Source: an uncultured Spartobacteria bacterium (GTDB lineage Bacteria; Verrucomicrobiota; Verrucomicrobiia; Chthoniobacterales; Chthoniobacteraceae). From it: 64,000 nt of DNA. Made by a program: the position numbers and the translations under genes. Shown here piece after piece: positions 18,035-26,962 of the stretch. The stretch spans positions 27,706 to 91,705 of the forward strand of contig CAIXGS010000012.1 of assembly GCA_903919125.1 (NCBI GenBank), given 5' to 3'. The notes under the pieces are model-generated. The model did no database searches, was not told the origin of the DNA, and was given only the letters and a program-made list of their open reading frames with translations. Position 1 is the stretch's first letter; every line of letters starts with the position of its first letter.

Positions 18035-18493
18035 CTAGCGAAGCTTGTCTAGGAGGATACCTGCATCTTCCAAGAGTTCGGCGCGCAGTCGTTGGACGGA
18101 TTCCATGCCAACCCTCAAATGCGACATCGGAATACGGATCGCCATCGGAAGCAGGATCCAAGATAGCTTTCGGATTGCCGTGCCCGCCGTGTACTTAACA
18201 GGCAATGTTTCATGCGGCAGTTCCAAACAGTACCGCAGTGCTGCGGCGTCCGGTTGCTTGCTGGTGATGGGTGACATTGACACGGTGTTCCCGGAAAACC
18301 CTTCGGATCGCCGAGTCCGCACCATGGCAAAGTGCGGTGCTCCTCCTGCGAAACACGGGATCGGACCGTAATAAATGCATCCAAACTGAGGAGGAAACGC
18401 TTCGAAGCAAGAGGGGTTCATTCCTCGTGAATGGATGCGTTTATCCACATCATAATCTTCGCTATCAGATAGATCGCCCTGATAAATATGCAC
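18035..18493 (-). CDS. questionable ORF (152 aa)
   Basis: Overlapped by ORFs of similar length on both strands; no domain; possibly non-coding. Confidence 0.2.
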   Translation of the reverse strand: MHIYQGDLSDSEDYDVDKRIHSRGMNPSCFEAFPPQFGCIYYGPIPCFAGGAPHFAMVRTRRSEGFSGNTVSMSPITSKQPDAAALRYCLELPHETLPVKYTAGTAIRKLSWILLPMAIRIPMSHLRVGMESVQRLRAELLEDAGILLDKLR

Positions 18494-18730
18494 AAAAACT
18501 TTATGGTAATAAGACGAGTTTACCTGATTTCATTCGGTGCGAATTCATCAATCTCCACTAGTCTTCATTGCGTGTTGACGTGAGTAACATTTGGAATGAT
18601 TGGCGTCCGTACAAGTAAAATTAAGTTAATTTACAATGGCGCAACTCTTCATCGCACTTCATGCGCAATGAATTAAGTTGCAGTTACTTTTTCTTGCTGT
18701 GCAGTTGCTGCAGAGCGTCAACCCAAATCG

Positions 18731-18976
18731 TCATGCTGCAATGGAGGGATGGTCGATTCTCCTCCGAGCGAATGCGAGGCACGCCTTGATGTCATCCACT
18801 TCAATGTCCGGCATTTCCTCGACAATTTGGTCCATGCTTAAGCCTGCCGCGAGCAGGTCGAGAACATCCCCCACCCTGATACGCATACCCCTGATGCAGG
18901 GGCGCCCGCCGCACTGTTCTGGGTTGAATGTGATGCGTTCAAGAAGCGCTTCCATGAGATAACGATACACCAGCAC
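18731..18976 (-). CDS. DUF433-family small protein (antitoxin-like), apparently solo
   Basis: CGGRPCIRGMRIRVGDVLDLLAAGLSMDQIVEEMPDIEVDDIKACLAFA matches the DUF433 pattern (cGGkP.I.GTRI.V..VL..LA.G.S.eeIl..YP.Lt.edI.aAL.YA). Confidence 0.75.
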   Translation of the reverse strand: MLVYRYLMEALLERITFNPEQCGGRPCIRGMRIRVGDVLDLLAAGLSMDQIVEEMPDIEVDDIKACLAFARRRIDHPSIAA

Positions 18977-19021
18977 TATATCGAGAACAAGGACACATAG
19001 GCACGCCAGTTCCCCCGCCGC

Positions 19022-21232
19022 TTGTATTTTGTATCAAGTTGCGATGTTTTTCCTTTCCTCCTTGGAGGCTGTAGGGGCAGGTTTGCAGAGTATTTCGGAC
19101 TCAATATCCGCCCAAATCCTCACCACAAACCACGCCCCGTTCCCATGCCATCCCCTGACGCCGCCGCAAATTATCCTCATTCTGGCTCGAAAGTCTGTTT
19201 CATGTCAGACGAGGAGCTTGCCAAACATTTGCTTCAGCCCTCTACCGGAGAAACAAGCGACTCAAACGCAGTAGCTGCTGAGGTCCTTTTCAGATTGTGG
19301 CTCTACCGTGGGGGGTGCCCAGATTCGATCAAACAAGCGGCGGCGGCTTTTGGGAAGGAGCACCCCGAATTCTATAGTTTTGTCACCCTCAAGTTGGTTC
19401 CTGTCCGCGGAAAGGCCCAGGGAGAAGATGAGTTAGACGAGGAGTCCGTACTGGAAAAGCGCTCAGGGGAAAACAAAGAGGCAAAACGCGCGGTTCCAAT
19501 TGGCAGCGTCGAAGCGCTTTTAACTGAGCGACTCAGGCAGTTTCGTTCGGCGCATGGCATCATTCCTTTGGTGCTGCACGAAGGCGGCCCTGCCTTTCCC
19601 GTGCCGTTTCAAATCTCTGTGGGAAAGCGTGGCATTCACACGTTTTTAGATGCGGGTGGTACTCCTCTGGATTCTTGGGGGGAACACTTTGCGCCGGTTT
19701 TGGAAATCCTCGAAACAGATTCAGGCGTGAGAATGACCTCGGGCTTCCCAAACGGGGAGGACGACATTGCCTACGAAGAGGGCGGCTTCGCGTTGCCGGT
19801 AGCGCTGGCCCTCGACAACTTGGAAAATTACTTGGAGATCGATCCGCTCAGCGTTTTGGCAACGGGGGCCATCGTGCACGGTCGTGTGGTTTCTGCAAAA
19901 GCTTGCGCCGCAAAAGCTGCGCTCGCCCGTAAAATGGGAGTGGAGCTTTGGGTCCAGCCAGACCCTTGCGACCACGACACGAACGCTCCGCATCAAGTCC
20001 TGGCGTTGGGCAACGATCAACCGTTGCTCAAAGCGCTGGAGTTGATCCGCCACAGCCTCGCCGGAATCGGGAAGGCTCGACCGACTGCACGCCACGCACG
20101 CGAAATCATTGCGCGTTACCGTAAAATTCCGCCCTCGAGATTGCGTGACATCCAAAAAGCCATTGTGATGGTTGAGAGTCATTTAAAAGTGCTCGTTGAC
20201 GAAGGAATTGACTATCTCCTACCGACCATTGCGGACGCATACATTCTTTTGGCGTCCCTTCACAATCATACGGGGAATGCGATAGTTGCCGACAAGGTGC
20301 TTGACGACATCCAACCGCACATCAAAGGCGACAAGGTGCGCATGTGTGAACTATATGCCCACAGAGTTGTTGCGCTCACGGACATGGGGCGTCTAGCTGA
20401 TGCGGAAAAGCTCGGCCGCAAGGCTCGTGAGATCGCCGGCACGCTGGATATCCTCGTGCATGGACAGGCGGAGGCTCTCGTTCAAACCACCGGTTCCCTT
20501 GGCGGGGAAGCGCTGCTCCACAAGGCGCTGCGAACCGGCAACGTAGCCGACTCGGACGAGGCCTACGGACTTCTGAACATCACCCTAGACATCACCGAAG
20601 AACTCGCCCAATCCGGTCACCAAACGCCTCATGTGGACGCCGATCTTTGGTACGCAAAAAGTGCGGTGCGCTATGTGCTTTGGCACGCGTATTTCACGCC
20701 AACGAAAATCACGGATCGAGTCAAAGAGTATGAACCGTTCGTCGAGGCGCCGCGTCTGGCGGGGAAGTACGACATCAGCGAGGAGTACCTAAAGCGGACG
20801 CATTTTCTCGGCGGTTACCGCGCTCTATTGGCGGGGAAGCCGCCCGCACATTCAGAGTTTACCACTTGGCCCCTGCCGTCTCTGCAGGACGGCGCGCCGG
20901 AATGGTTGGTCGCAACGGCGTTGAAATATCGCGGTGCGTTAAAGGCGCATTACGGCGATGCCGGCGCCAAGGCGGATTTTGAGGAAGCGGTTAAACTCCT
21001 GCGAGGCAACCAGCACGCCACTTTGCGGGTGATCCTATGGAGCATTGCGGCCGAGGCGAGATTGAGCGGCATCGCCTCACCGATTTTTGAGCGAGTCTTG
21101 GCTGAAGGAATTTACGACGTCGTGGACTATCTGTCCTGGGACGGCTCGATGGCCGGCTTAATCGACAAGTTGCTCAGCGGCAAATTCGGTGACGCGGATC
21201 TCGCAGAGTTCCGACGCAAGTTTGCGTATTAG
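19022..21232 (+). CDS. large protein with Lon-protease-like (S16-like) domain, catalytic Ser position replaced by Gly (paralog P2); likely true start ATG at 19202
   Basis: EEGGFALPVALAL...SVLATGAIVHGRVVSAKACAAKAALARKMGVELWV aligns to the same Lon-like core as P1; shared LWLY N-terminal motif and GIIPLV/AFPVPF block. Confidence 0.7.
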   Translation: MYFVSSCDVFPFLLGGCRGRFAEYFGLNIRPNPHHKPRPVPMPSPDAAANYPHSGSKVCFMSDEELAKHLLQPSTGETSDSNAVAAEVLFRLWLYRGGCPDSIKQAAAAFGKEHPEFYSFVTLKLVPVRGKAQGEDELDEESVLEKRSGENKEAKRAVPIGSVEALLTERLRQFRSAHGIIPLVLHEGGPAFPVPFQISVGKRGIHTFLDAGGTPLDSWGEHFAPVLEILETDSGVRMTSGFPNGEDDIAYEEGGFALPVALALDNLENYLEIDPLSVLATGAIVHGRVVSAKACAAKAALARKMGVELWVQPDPCDHDTNAPHQVLALGNDQPLLKALELIRHSLAGIGKARPTARHAREIIARYRKIPPSRLRDIQKAIVMVESHLKVLVDEGIDYLLPTIADAYILLASLHNHTGNAIVADKVLDDIQPHIKGDKVRMCELYAHRVVALTDMGRLADAEKLGRKAREIAGTLDILVHGQAEALVQTTGSLGGEALLHKALRTGNVADSDEAYGLLNITLDITEELAQSGHQTPHVDADLWYAKSAVRYVLWHAYFTPTKITDRVKEYEPFVEAPRLAGKYDISEEYLKRTHFLGGYRALLAGKPPAHSEFTTWPLPSLQDGAPEWLVATALKYRGALKAHYGDAGAKADFEEAVKLLRGNQHATLRVILWSIAAEARLSGIASPIFERVLAEGIYDVVDYLSWDGSMAGLIDKLLSGKFGDADLAEFRRKFAY

Positions 21233-24200
21233 AGAAGAAGTTCACTCCGCACTCCAACCGCACGTTTTCATGAACCTTAACGCATTTTTAGCGCAGCACA
21301 ACTTGAACGCATTAAACGGGAAACTACCGTTTAAATCGGCTGATGAGTTGCGATCCCTCTTTCCCGAGGGCAATACTTTAGATCAGTTGCAACTTCTCGG
21401 TTTGGAGGAGCGAAAGTTAAAAAGGGCGGTCGAGACCCTGCCCTTTCGAAGCAATCTTCCGACGCCGCTGGCTCTTTCATTGAAGGAGTTTCATCTATGC
21501 ACCAGCGGTGCCGAGTCGCTTTGGATGGCGTGCAATTTTTTGGAGATCGTTCTGAAATTTTGTTTCGCGGCTGCAATTGCCGAAAGAACAGAGACTTGTG
21601 GAGCGTTGGTAATGCCCGAATCTCTGGTGGATCTGATAAGCGAACGGATTGACACGCCTGGACTGGGAGAGTGGCTCAAACTTACTGAGAAAGCTGTCGA
21701 AAACGTGGGAACTTGGAATTCAAACACCCCGCTACAGAAGGAGCTTCTCAACACGGTTGAGAAGGTGCGCGTTCTTAAGGTAACCCACGGAATGTGGGAT
21801 ACTCGAAATCGTCTTGCGCACGGAGGATGGTTCAGGCGGTCTCCGGTCGATGTTGACATTTGGAGGGGGCCGTTTCTTGATTTTGTCGCGAAGGATCTAA
21901 TTTGGTTGGAGCGGGCCGAGCTTCTTGCTGGGGCTGGAGACAAGGTTTGGCTTTTTCGGGGCGAGACGGCGTCTGTGTATCATTCGTGGAACCATTGGCG
22001 GCGGGGTGCAATTCACGCCGGGATGTGCCGCATAATTTCGAGCAATCTTGGGGCTGATTTGGACGTCAGTCCCTTCGCTGCCACAAGTCCCGCAGTTCCC
22101 CTTCCTCTGATGTATGCGCGCTGGAAAGGCAGTTGCATAGAGTACATCAGCTATGGCGGATTGGTGGAATGGGTAAAGGAGCCTAATCGACTAAATAACG
22201 ATTGTTTCCGCAAAAACTTTATTCGCCCATCGTTTAAGTGGCTTTCAACTCCTTTTCCTGACTTTCGAGACAAAGGACAAGACGCCATTTCACAAACGGA
22301 GTCTTGCCGATTTTTGGTTAATATAGTGGACCAACGAATCAAAAAAGGCGGCGGAGGTATTCTTTGGGTGGATGGAGTCGAGGGCAGTGGCAAGTCCACG
22401 ATAATGGCTCATCTAGCGAAAAGACGTATCGATCAGCGTGATCTTGGTAAAGTGCTTACATTCGCGTACCGCTTTGAAAGCTCTTCCTTTTTAAGCCGCG
22501 CAGAGTATTTTTTACATTATATCTATCTGCGTCTGTCATCGGCTCATTGGAATCCATCCACTCAAAAATGGAGCGTATCCAAGGGAACAAACGAAGCGTT
22601 CGATCCGGCCTGCACAGTATCTGCGGAAGACATTCTGGATCTGTTCAAAAAAAAGACTGAGGATCCGCTGAGTATGATGCTGTTTGTCGTAGACGGCATC
22701 GATGATATGATCGCCAAGCACTATTGGTTCTTGGCTGAGGTCTTATCCCCTCTAACCAAAGATAGTAGAATTCTCTTTGTCGTGTCAGGCATGCACGGGA
22801 CGCCGGTTGCGTACAATTTTCGGATGAATGGGGCTTCCTCTGTTTTCCGCGACGGTTTGCCTCCTTTGACGTTAAGGGAATTTACTTCTGTGCTGTGCAC
22901 GGCATGCGGTGACTCTAGCACGAAATTGTTGGACCTCCAAACTCAGGCCGAACGCGAGAGCCACGCATTCGCGGAAAACCCAGAAGGAGTTGCGGGGGAG
23001 GAGGAAAGAAAATTGTTGGAGCTCCAAACTCGGGCCGAACGCAAGAGCCACGAATTCGCTGAAAACCCAGAACGAGTCGCGAGGGAAGAGAAAAGAATAC
23101 ACTCGTTTGGCTTTTTGGCAGAGGCCCATCGAAAAGGGAAGGGTTTACCTCTTTATGCATCCTACCTAGCCGAAGATTTGCGGTCGGGCGTGATCAAAAT
23201 CGGAGAAGTTGATGCCCTGCCTGAGGGCATTGAAGGTTACCATAACCTCCAGCTTGCTCGAACGGGTGTTTTAGAAATGCTCAGCCCCCTGCCTGCAAGC
23301 GCTCTTCGAGCGGCTTTTGGTGGCTTTGTGGCAGCCACTGAAATGCGTCTTGAAGGAAATCGGACCGTTGATGCCCGAGGAAAAGACGCGGCTCGGGCGT
23401 TGATTCAACCCGTTGATGAATATCTTGCGCGGGCCTCGGTACTCGCACTCATGGCTACGGATTCCAATGCCGTTACGGTGGATGAAATCAGCCAGCGTTT
23501 GGGGCAAACTGTGTTGCGAGGGCAGAACGCCGAGGAGCGCTCCGCGGTGTTGGAGCGCGCATTGGAAGCCGTTTCGCCCATGCTCAAAATGGCTCCAATC
23601 GATGAATCTGGACGAGAGGGGTTTGAGCTGGCGAACCAGTCTATTCGCCGGCATTTGAATTCACTCCCTGGGATCCAGCAGATGGCGCACCGGTTCAAGC
23701 GACGCTCGGACGATGCTCCGCCCTCGGAACCCCGCGAGCCTAAACGGGTGGATGATATTCCGCAATGGGAACGACCGAGGGAAGATAGGATTGACGATAG
23801 ACCATTCGAGGAACGGCGAAATACGTCCGAAATGGAAGAGCGCGTGGCCGCGTGCATCAGTCGCTTAGAGAGCATTAAGCGTTGTTCTGAAGTATCGGAG
23901 TTCGACTTAGACCTTTACGGCAGCGGGTCCAATGACTGGGTGGAACATTTTTTTGACGGAACCATAGCCGAGGTAGTTGCCATTCTCCAGAGAGGGAGAT
24001 CTCTCGCATTAACGCCTTCCAAAGCGTTCAAGGCCCTTGGACAGGTGGGAGTGACTTCGGATTTTAAATGGAGTGATCATCTGAGGGATGCGCCGAGCAT
24101 CCTTAGAAATTTCACGTGGAGTGAACCTTCTGTGACGCAACGCTCAATGCACCCCAGTTATCGATACCATTTGCACCCCAGTTATCGATACCATTTCGGG

Positions 24201-24557
24201 AAGGACTGGTACCAGAGGTCGTGGGATCTTGATAGGGGAACTAGTGCGGGCGGAAATGCTTTTGCATTAATAAGTTATATTGACTTTCAATTGAACAGCT
24301 GGGTGAGGAGAGTGTGCCGTGCCGAGAATGATGGTGTAACAGTTTATAAAATTGCTAATTCCCGAGAACTCGAATTTGTGTGCGGCGCGGTAGCCGACAT
24401 TCTAGATTTGGTAAGGGATGGAGCAGATTTGTCTGGGCTTGATGCTTTCCCTGGGGCCGTTCATCTCAAAAGCCGAGAAAATCAATTTTCTTTAGCTAGA
24501 ATTTTTTCGATCGAGTTCGTTTTCAGGGACCTTCCAGTACGCGTCTCTATAGATTAA
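21189..24557 (+). CDS. STAND-type P-loop NTPase (about 1100 aa) with unknown N-terminal domain and repetitive C-terminal region; likely true start ATG at 21270
   Basis: Walker A ILWVDGVEGSGKST and Walker B-like LMLFVVDGIDDM; 37-bp spacing after P2; lower GC than the backbone. Confidence 0.75.
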   Translation: MTRISQSSDASLRIREEVHSALQPHVFMNLNAFLAQHNLNALNGKLPFKSADELRSLFPEGNTLDQLQLLGLEERKLKRAVETLPFRSNLPTPLALSLKEFHLCTSGAESLWMACNFLEIVLKFCFAAAIAERTETCGALVMPESLVDLISERIDTPGLGEWLKLTEKAVENVGTWNSNTPLQKELLNTVEKVRVLKVTHGMWDTRNRLAHGGWFRRSPVDVDIWRGPFLDFVAKDLIWLERAELLAGAGDKVWLFRGETASVYHSWNHWRRGAIHAGMCRIISSNLGADLDVSPFAATSPAVPLPLMYARWKGSCIEYISYGGLVEWVKEPNRLNNDCFRKNFIRPSFKWLSTPFPDFRDKGQDAISQTESCRFLVNIVDQRIKKGGGGILWVDGVEGSGKSTIMAHLAKRRIDQRDLGKVLTFAYRFESSSFLSRAEYFLHYIYLRLSSAHWNPSTQKWSVSKGTNEAFDPACTVSAEDILDLFKKKTEDPLSMMLFVVDGIDDMIAKHYWFLAEVLSPLTKDSRILFVVSGMHGTPVAYNFRMNGASSVFRDGLPPLTLREFTSVLCTACGDSSTKLLDLQTQAERESHAFAENPEGVAGEEERKLLELQTRAERKSHEFAENPERVAREEKRIHSFGFLAEAHRKGKGLPLYASYLAEDLRSGVIKIGEVDALPEGIEGYHNLQLARTGVLEMLSPLPASALRAAFGGFVAATEMRLEGNRTVDARGKDAARALIQPVDEYLARASVLALMATDSNAVTVDEISQRLGQTVLRGQNAEERSAVLERALEAVSPMLKMAPIDESGREGFELANQSIRRHLNSLPGIQQMAHRFKRRSDDAPPSEPREPKRVDDIPQWERPREDRIDDRPFEERRNTSEMEERVAACISRLESIKRCSEVSEFDLDLYGSGSNDWVEHFFDGTIAEVVAILQRGRSLALTPSKAFKALGQVGVTSDFKWSDHLRDAPSILRNFTWSEPSVTQRSMHPSYRYHLHPSYRYHFGKDWYQRSWDLDRGTSAGGNAFALISYIDFQLNSWVRRVCRAENDGVTVYKIANSRELEFVCGAVADILDLVRDGADLSGLDAFPGAVHLKSRENQFSLARIFSIEFVFRDLPVRVSID
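22922..23096 (+). repeat. in-frame tandem duplication, 2 x about 87 bp (29-aa unit KLLDLQTQAERESHAFAENPEGVAGEEER)
   Basis: Two adjacent copies about 90% identical at nucleotide level inside the STAND gene. Confidence 0.7.
24149..24196 (+). repeat. perfect 24-bp tandem duplication x2 (HPSYRYHL HPSYRYHF) inside the STAND gene
   Basis: gcaccccagttatcgataccattt occurs twice in direct succession. Confidence 0.85.
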
Positions 24558-24635
24558 CATCTGGATTTGAACGTTTTAAATTTTTAAAAACTCCCTCGTA
24601 GACATCACGAAATCCCCCATCTCCGTTGTGCAATA

Positions 24636-25535
24636 ATGAGTGTGCACCTCAAGCACTCACTTATGCTCAACGAAGAAATCGACCACATCATCGACGGTAT
24701 CTGCCAGGAACACGGCTCATTGTCTGACGCTTTTGATTTTCCTGAAGAACCTGAGTCCGACGAGACTCCCAACGAACGCGACGAGTTCCCCGAAGACGAC
24801 GAATCCGACCTCCCGCCAGATTCTGGGATTGGCGGGACTTTCCGGCCGGGAGGCGGTCTCGGCCGCTTCGTAAACATGTATCCGGCCAATGCCCGGGGGG
24901 CGTGCCGGCCTCATTTCCTCGTGATCTTTCCTGCCGATCCTTTGCGCAAACATCGCAAGGTGACGGCGCACGAAAGACAGCGCCGGACCATCTTGTATTT
25001 CCAAAACGCTCTGCGCGCCATGCACCGTTGGGCCGCAAATTGTGGGGGTAAAGACGTGATCCTGCTCACGGAGCAATGGCCCGTTGCGCCCGGAATCACC
25101 GAGTCTCCCCTCTGGGCAAATACCTTGGCCACACACGGCGCTCAGCATGAAGACTGGCGGGTCACCCTGCGCGGATTGCTTCGCAGCCTCCACCGCCGAG
25201 CGTCTTCGGATCCAGCCTTGGCGCAGTTGACGGGGCTTATCCGTGATTTGGAGATTCACTGGGATCATGGTTGGTGGCCGCATCGGCACTGGAGGCATTG
25301 GGTTGAAACCGTGAATAGAGCGCCGATTCCGAGCCAGTTTAAGAAGAGGCTACTTCAAGGTTTACCTTACAAGTCCCACGGGTTGATTGATCCGGCGCTG
25401 ACTTTTCATGAGAACCTTCAGGCCTTCCGCGAGATGCATCCAGACGTGAACTTTCATATCCGCCTCGCAGCGGTGCCTCATCAAAAGCCAGCTCGATTCC
25501 GCTTCGTGGGCGGCGAACCCTGGTCACGAGTTTAG
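24636..25535 (+). CDS. hypothetical protein (299 aa), downstream of the STAND gene
   Basis: ATG start; acidic N-terminal segment; no recognisable domain. Confidence 0.5.
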   Translation: MSVHLKHSLMLNEEIDHIIDGICQEHGSLSDAFDFPEEPESDETPNERDEFPEDDESDLPPDSGIGGTFRPGGGLGRFVNMYPANARGACRPHFLVIFPADPLRKHRKVTAHERQRRTILYFQNALRAMHRWAANCGGKDVILLTEQWPVAPGITESPLWANTLATHGAQHEDWRVTLRGLLRSLHRRASSDPALAQLTGLIRDLEIHWDHGWWPHRHWRHWVETVNRAPIPSQFKKRLLQGLPYKSHGLIDPALTFHENLQAFREMHPDVNFHIRLAAVPHQKPARFRFVGGEPWSRV

Positions 25536-25675
25536 CGCCTGCTGACCGGCAAGGTTTTTCCATGCTGCAGGGCTTTGGCATTGTAAATCTATGCCCATAA
25601 GATGCTCGCTTCGTTTGGTTTTACCGGAGAAGCACTGCAGCAAATCAGCATTCAGTTTTCTACGCCCCATTCCTT

Positions 25676-26026
25676 GTGCGCTCCAGCGGAAGGAGTGGGG
25701 CCGAGGGTGCCTCATACACGAAAATCTCCAAAAAATTGATGGACCATTCGGAATTCACGCAGTTTCAGAACTTCACCACTTTTGACATGAAAAACACAAA
25801 CTCCACTCCCACATCAACCGCCGCCCTTTTTTCCGAAGCCGATCACGTCGCGCTGGAAACCTTCCTCGCCGGACTCATCGAGCAGGCGGAAAAAGCAGCC
25901 GAAACCAGCGTCGCCTTGCACGACCAGATGACGTCCGCCGAGTGGGCCGAACTCGACGCTGCGCTTGACCACTGGCTCGAAGCCCGCGCGATTGCTGACA
26001 GAAACACCAACAACAAGGCCGCCTAA
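25676..26026 (+). CDS. small helical hypothetical protein, paralog of 13382..13609; likely true start near 25789 (MKNTNSTP...)
   Basis: ALETFLAGLIEQAEKAAE...SAEWAELDAALDHWLEA parallels EIEQFLADTVSQAQRAVD...SVEEWHAIDAVLERWLQ. Confidence 0.4.
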   Translation: MRSSGRSGAEGASYTKISKKLMDHSEFTQFQNFTTFDMKNTNSTPTSTAALFSEADHVALETFLAGLIEQAEKAAETSVALHDQMTSAEWAELDAALDHWLEARAIADRNTNNKAA

Positions 26027-26414
26027 AATCTCAAGCCAAGGCTGGAAGCTTTTCCTAATTCACCCCAACACCATGAACTTACAAGCCTGCGAGGATTACC
26101 TCGTCAAAATGGACTTCAATATCTCGAAGACAGATATTGAAGCGTATAATAATGCGTTCAACAATTGCTGTGGGGAATTGCGCGGGAAGGGCGAGATTAT
26201 TCCCAAAGACGAGTATACAGACTCCGAGTTGTATTTTTACACCACCAAGGTGATGAATGTGTTGGAGGCGGCGGGAGATCCGATGATTCTAAAGTTGCGG
26301 TATCTGCTTGCAGAGGGCTTCCTGCGTCTGGCTTGCGATGGGTGTATTTACGAGAATGATCTTAAATTTGAGCCGCTCACAGAGGCGGATTTTTCAAGAA
26401 AGAAGGCGGCGTGA
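25965..26414 (+). CDS. hypothetical protein (true start probably the internal MNLQACEDYL)
   Basis: ORF only. Confidence 0.3.
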   Translation: MTTGSKPARLLTETPTTRPPKISSQGWKLFLIHPNTMNLQACEDYLVKMDFNISKTDIEAYNNAFNNCCGELRGKGEIIPKDEYTDSELYFYTTKVMNVLEAAGDPMILKLRYLLAEGFLRLACDGCIYENDLKFEPLTEADFSRKKAA

Positions 26415-26851
26415 AACTTTGTTCAAGGTTTGTATTCTCACCTATGTTGCGACCTCTAATATTTGGCGTGCTCATCGCAGCTTGCCTGACTTCTTGCCAG
26501 GAAAGTGAGGAAGCGGAACTCGAGAGACTAGAAGCAGCCTTGAGTTCTGCGGAGAGTCAGGGCTCGTTGAACAGAACTTCCCACGAGCTGAGTCTTGGGC
26601 TGGAAAGGAAGCTCAAGCGGTTGGAGGACCGGATGGAGAAAGGCTTGGAGGGAAAGGAATTGGAGCTATTTCAGAAATCAGCAGCTGCCTGGAAGATTTA
26701 CTTTGAGTCGGAATGGCAATTCGAGGCCGAGAGCTTTCATGGCGGTTCAATTCAACCGATGATTGCGAATTCCGCGGCTACTCGTCTTCTTGCGGAGCGA
26801 ATTAAAGGCCTCGAGGAGTGGGATACCACGGGCAGGTTCAAGGCTAAGTAA
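26411..26851 (+). CDS. lipoprotein, LprI/DUF1311-like
   Basis: Signal peptide with lipobox LTSC; C-terminal LELFQKSAAAWKIYFESEWQFEAESFHGGSIQP resembles the DUF1311 (lysozyme-inhibitor LprI) pattern. Confidence 0.55.
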   Translation: MKLCSRFVFSPMLRPLIFGVLIAACLTSCQESEEAELERLEAALSSAESQGSLNRTSHELSLGLERKLKRLEDRMEKGLEGKELELFQKSAAAWKIYFESEWQFEAESFHGGSIQPMIANSAATRLLAERIKGLEEWDTTGRFKAK

Positions 26852-26962
26852 TCGTCCTTCAGGCGGCTAGTCAGCACGAGGCCGCTCTCAAGCTCTATTT
26901 GGCGGAGCCACGCCCGGCTTGAAAACTCGGGAGCGCGGGCGGGTTTTCCTGCACGTTGGAGG

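Noticed and set aside
18035-18730. DUF5615/Mut7-C toxin partner for the DUF433 gene
   Set aside because: No ORF with the expected MxxLLDENL-type N-terminus; 18035..18493 does not resemble it.
19029-20182. Small ORFs in other frames or antisense within the P2 gene (19029..19274 plus, 19721..20182 minus)
   Set aside because: Contained within the longer, paralog-supported P2 reading frame.
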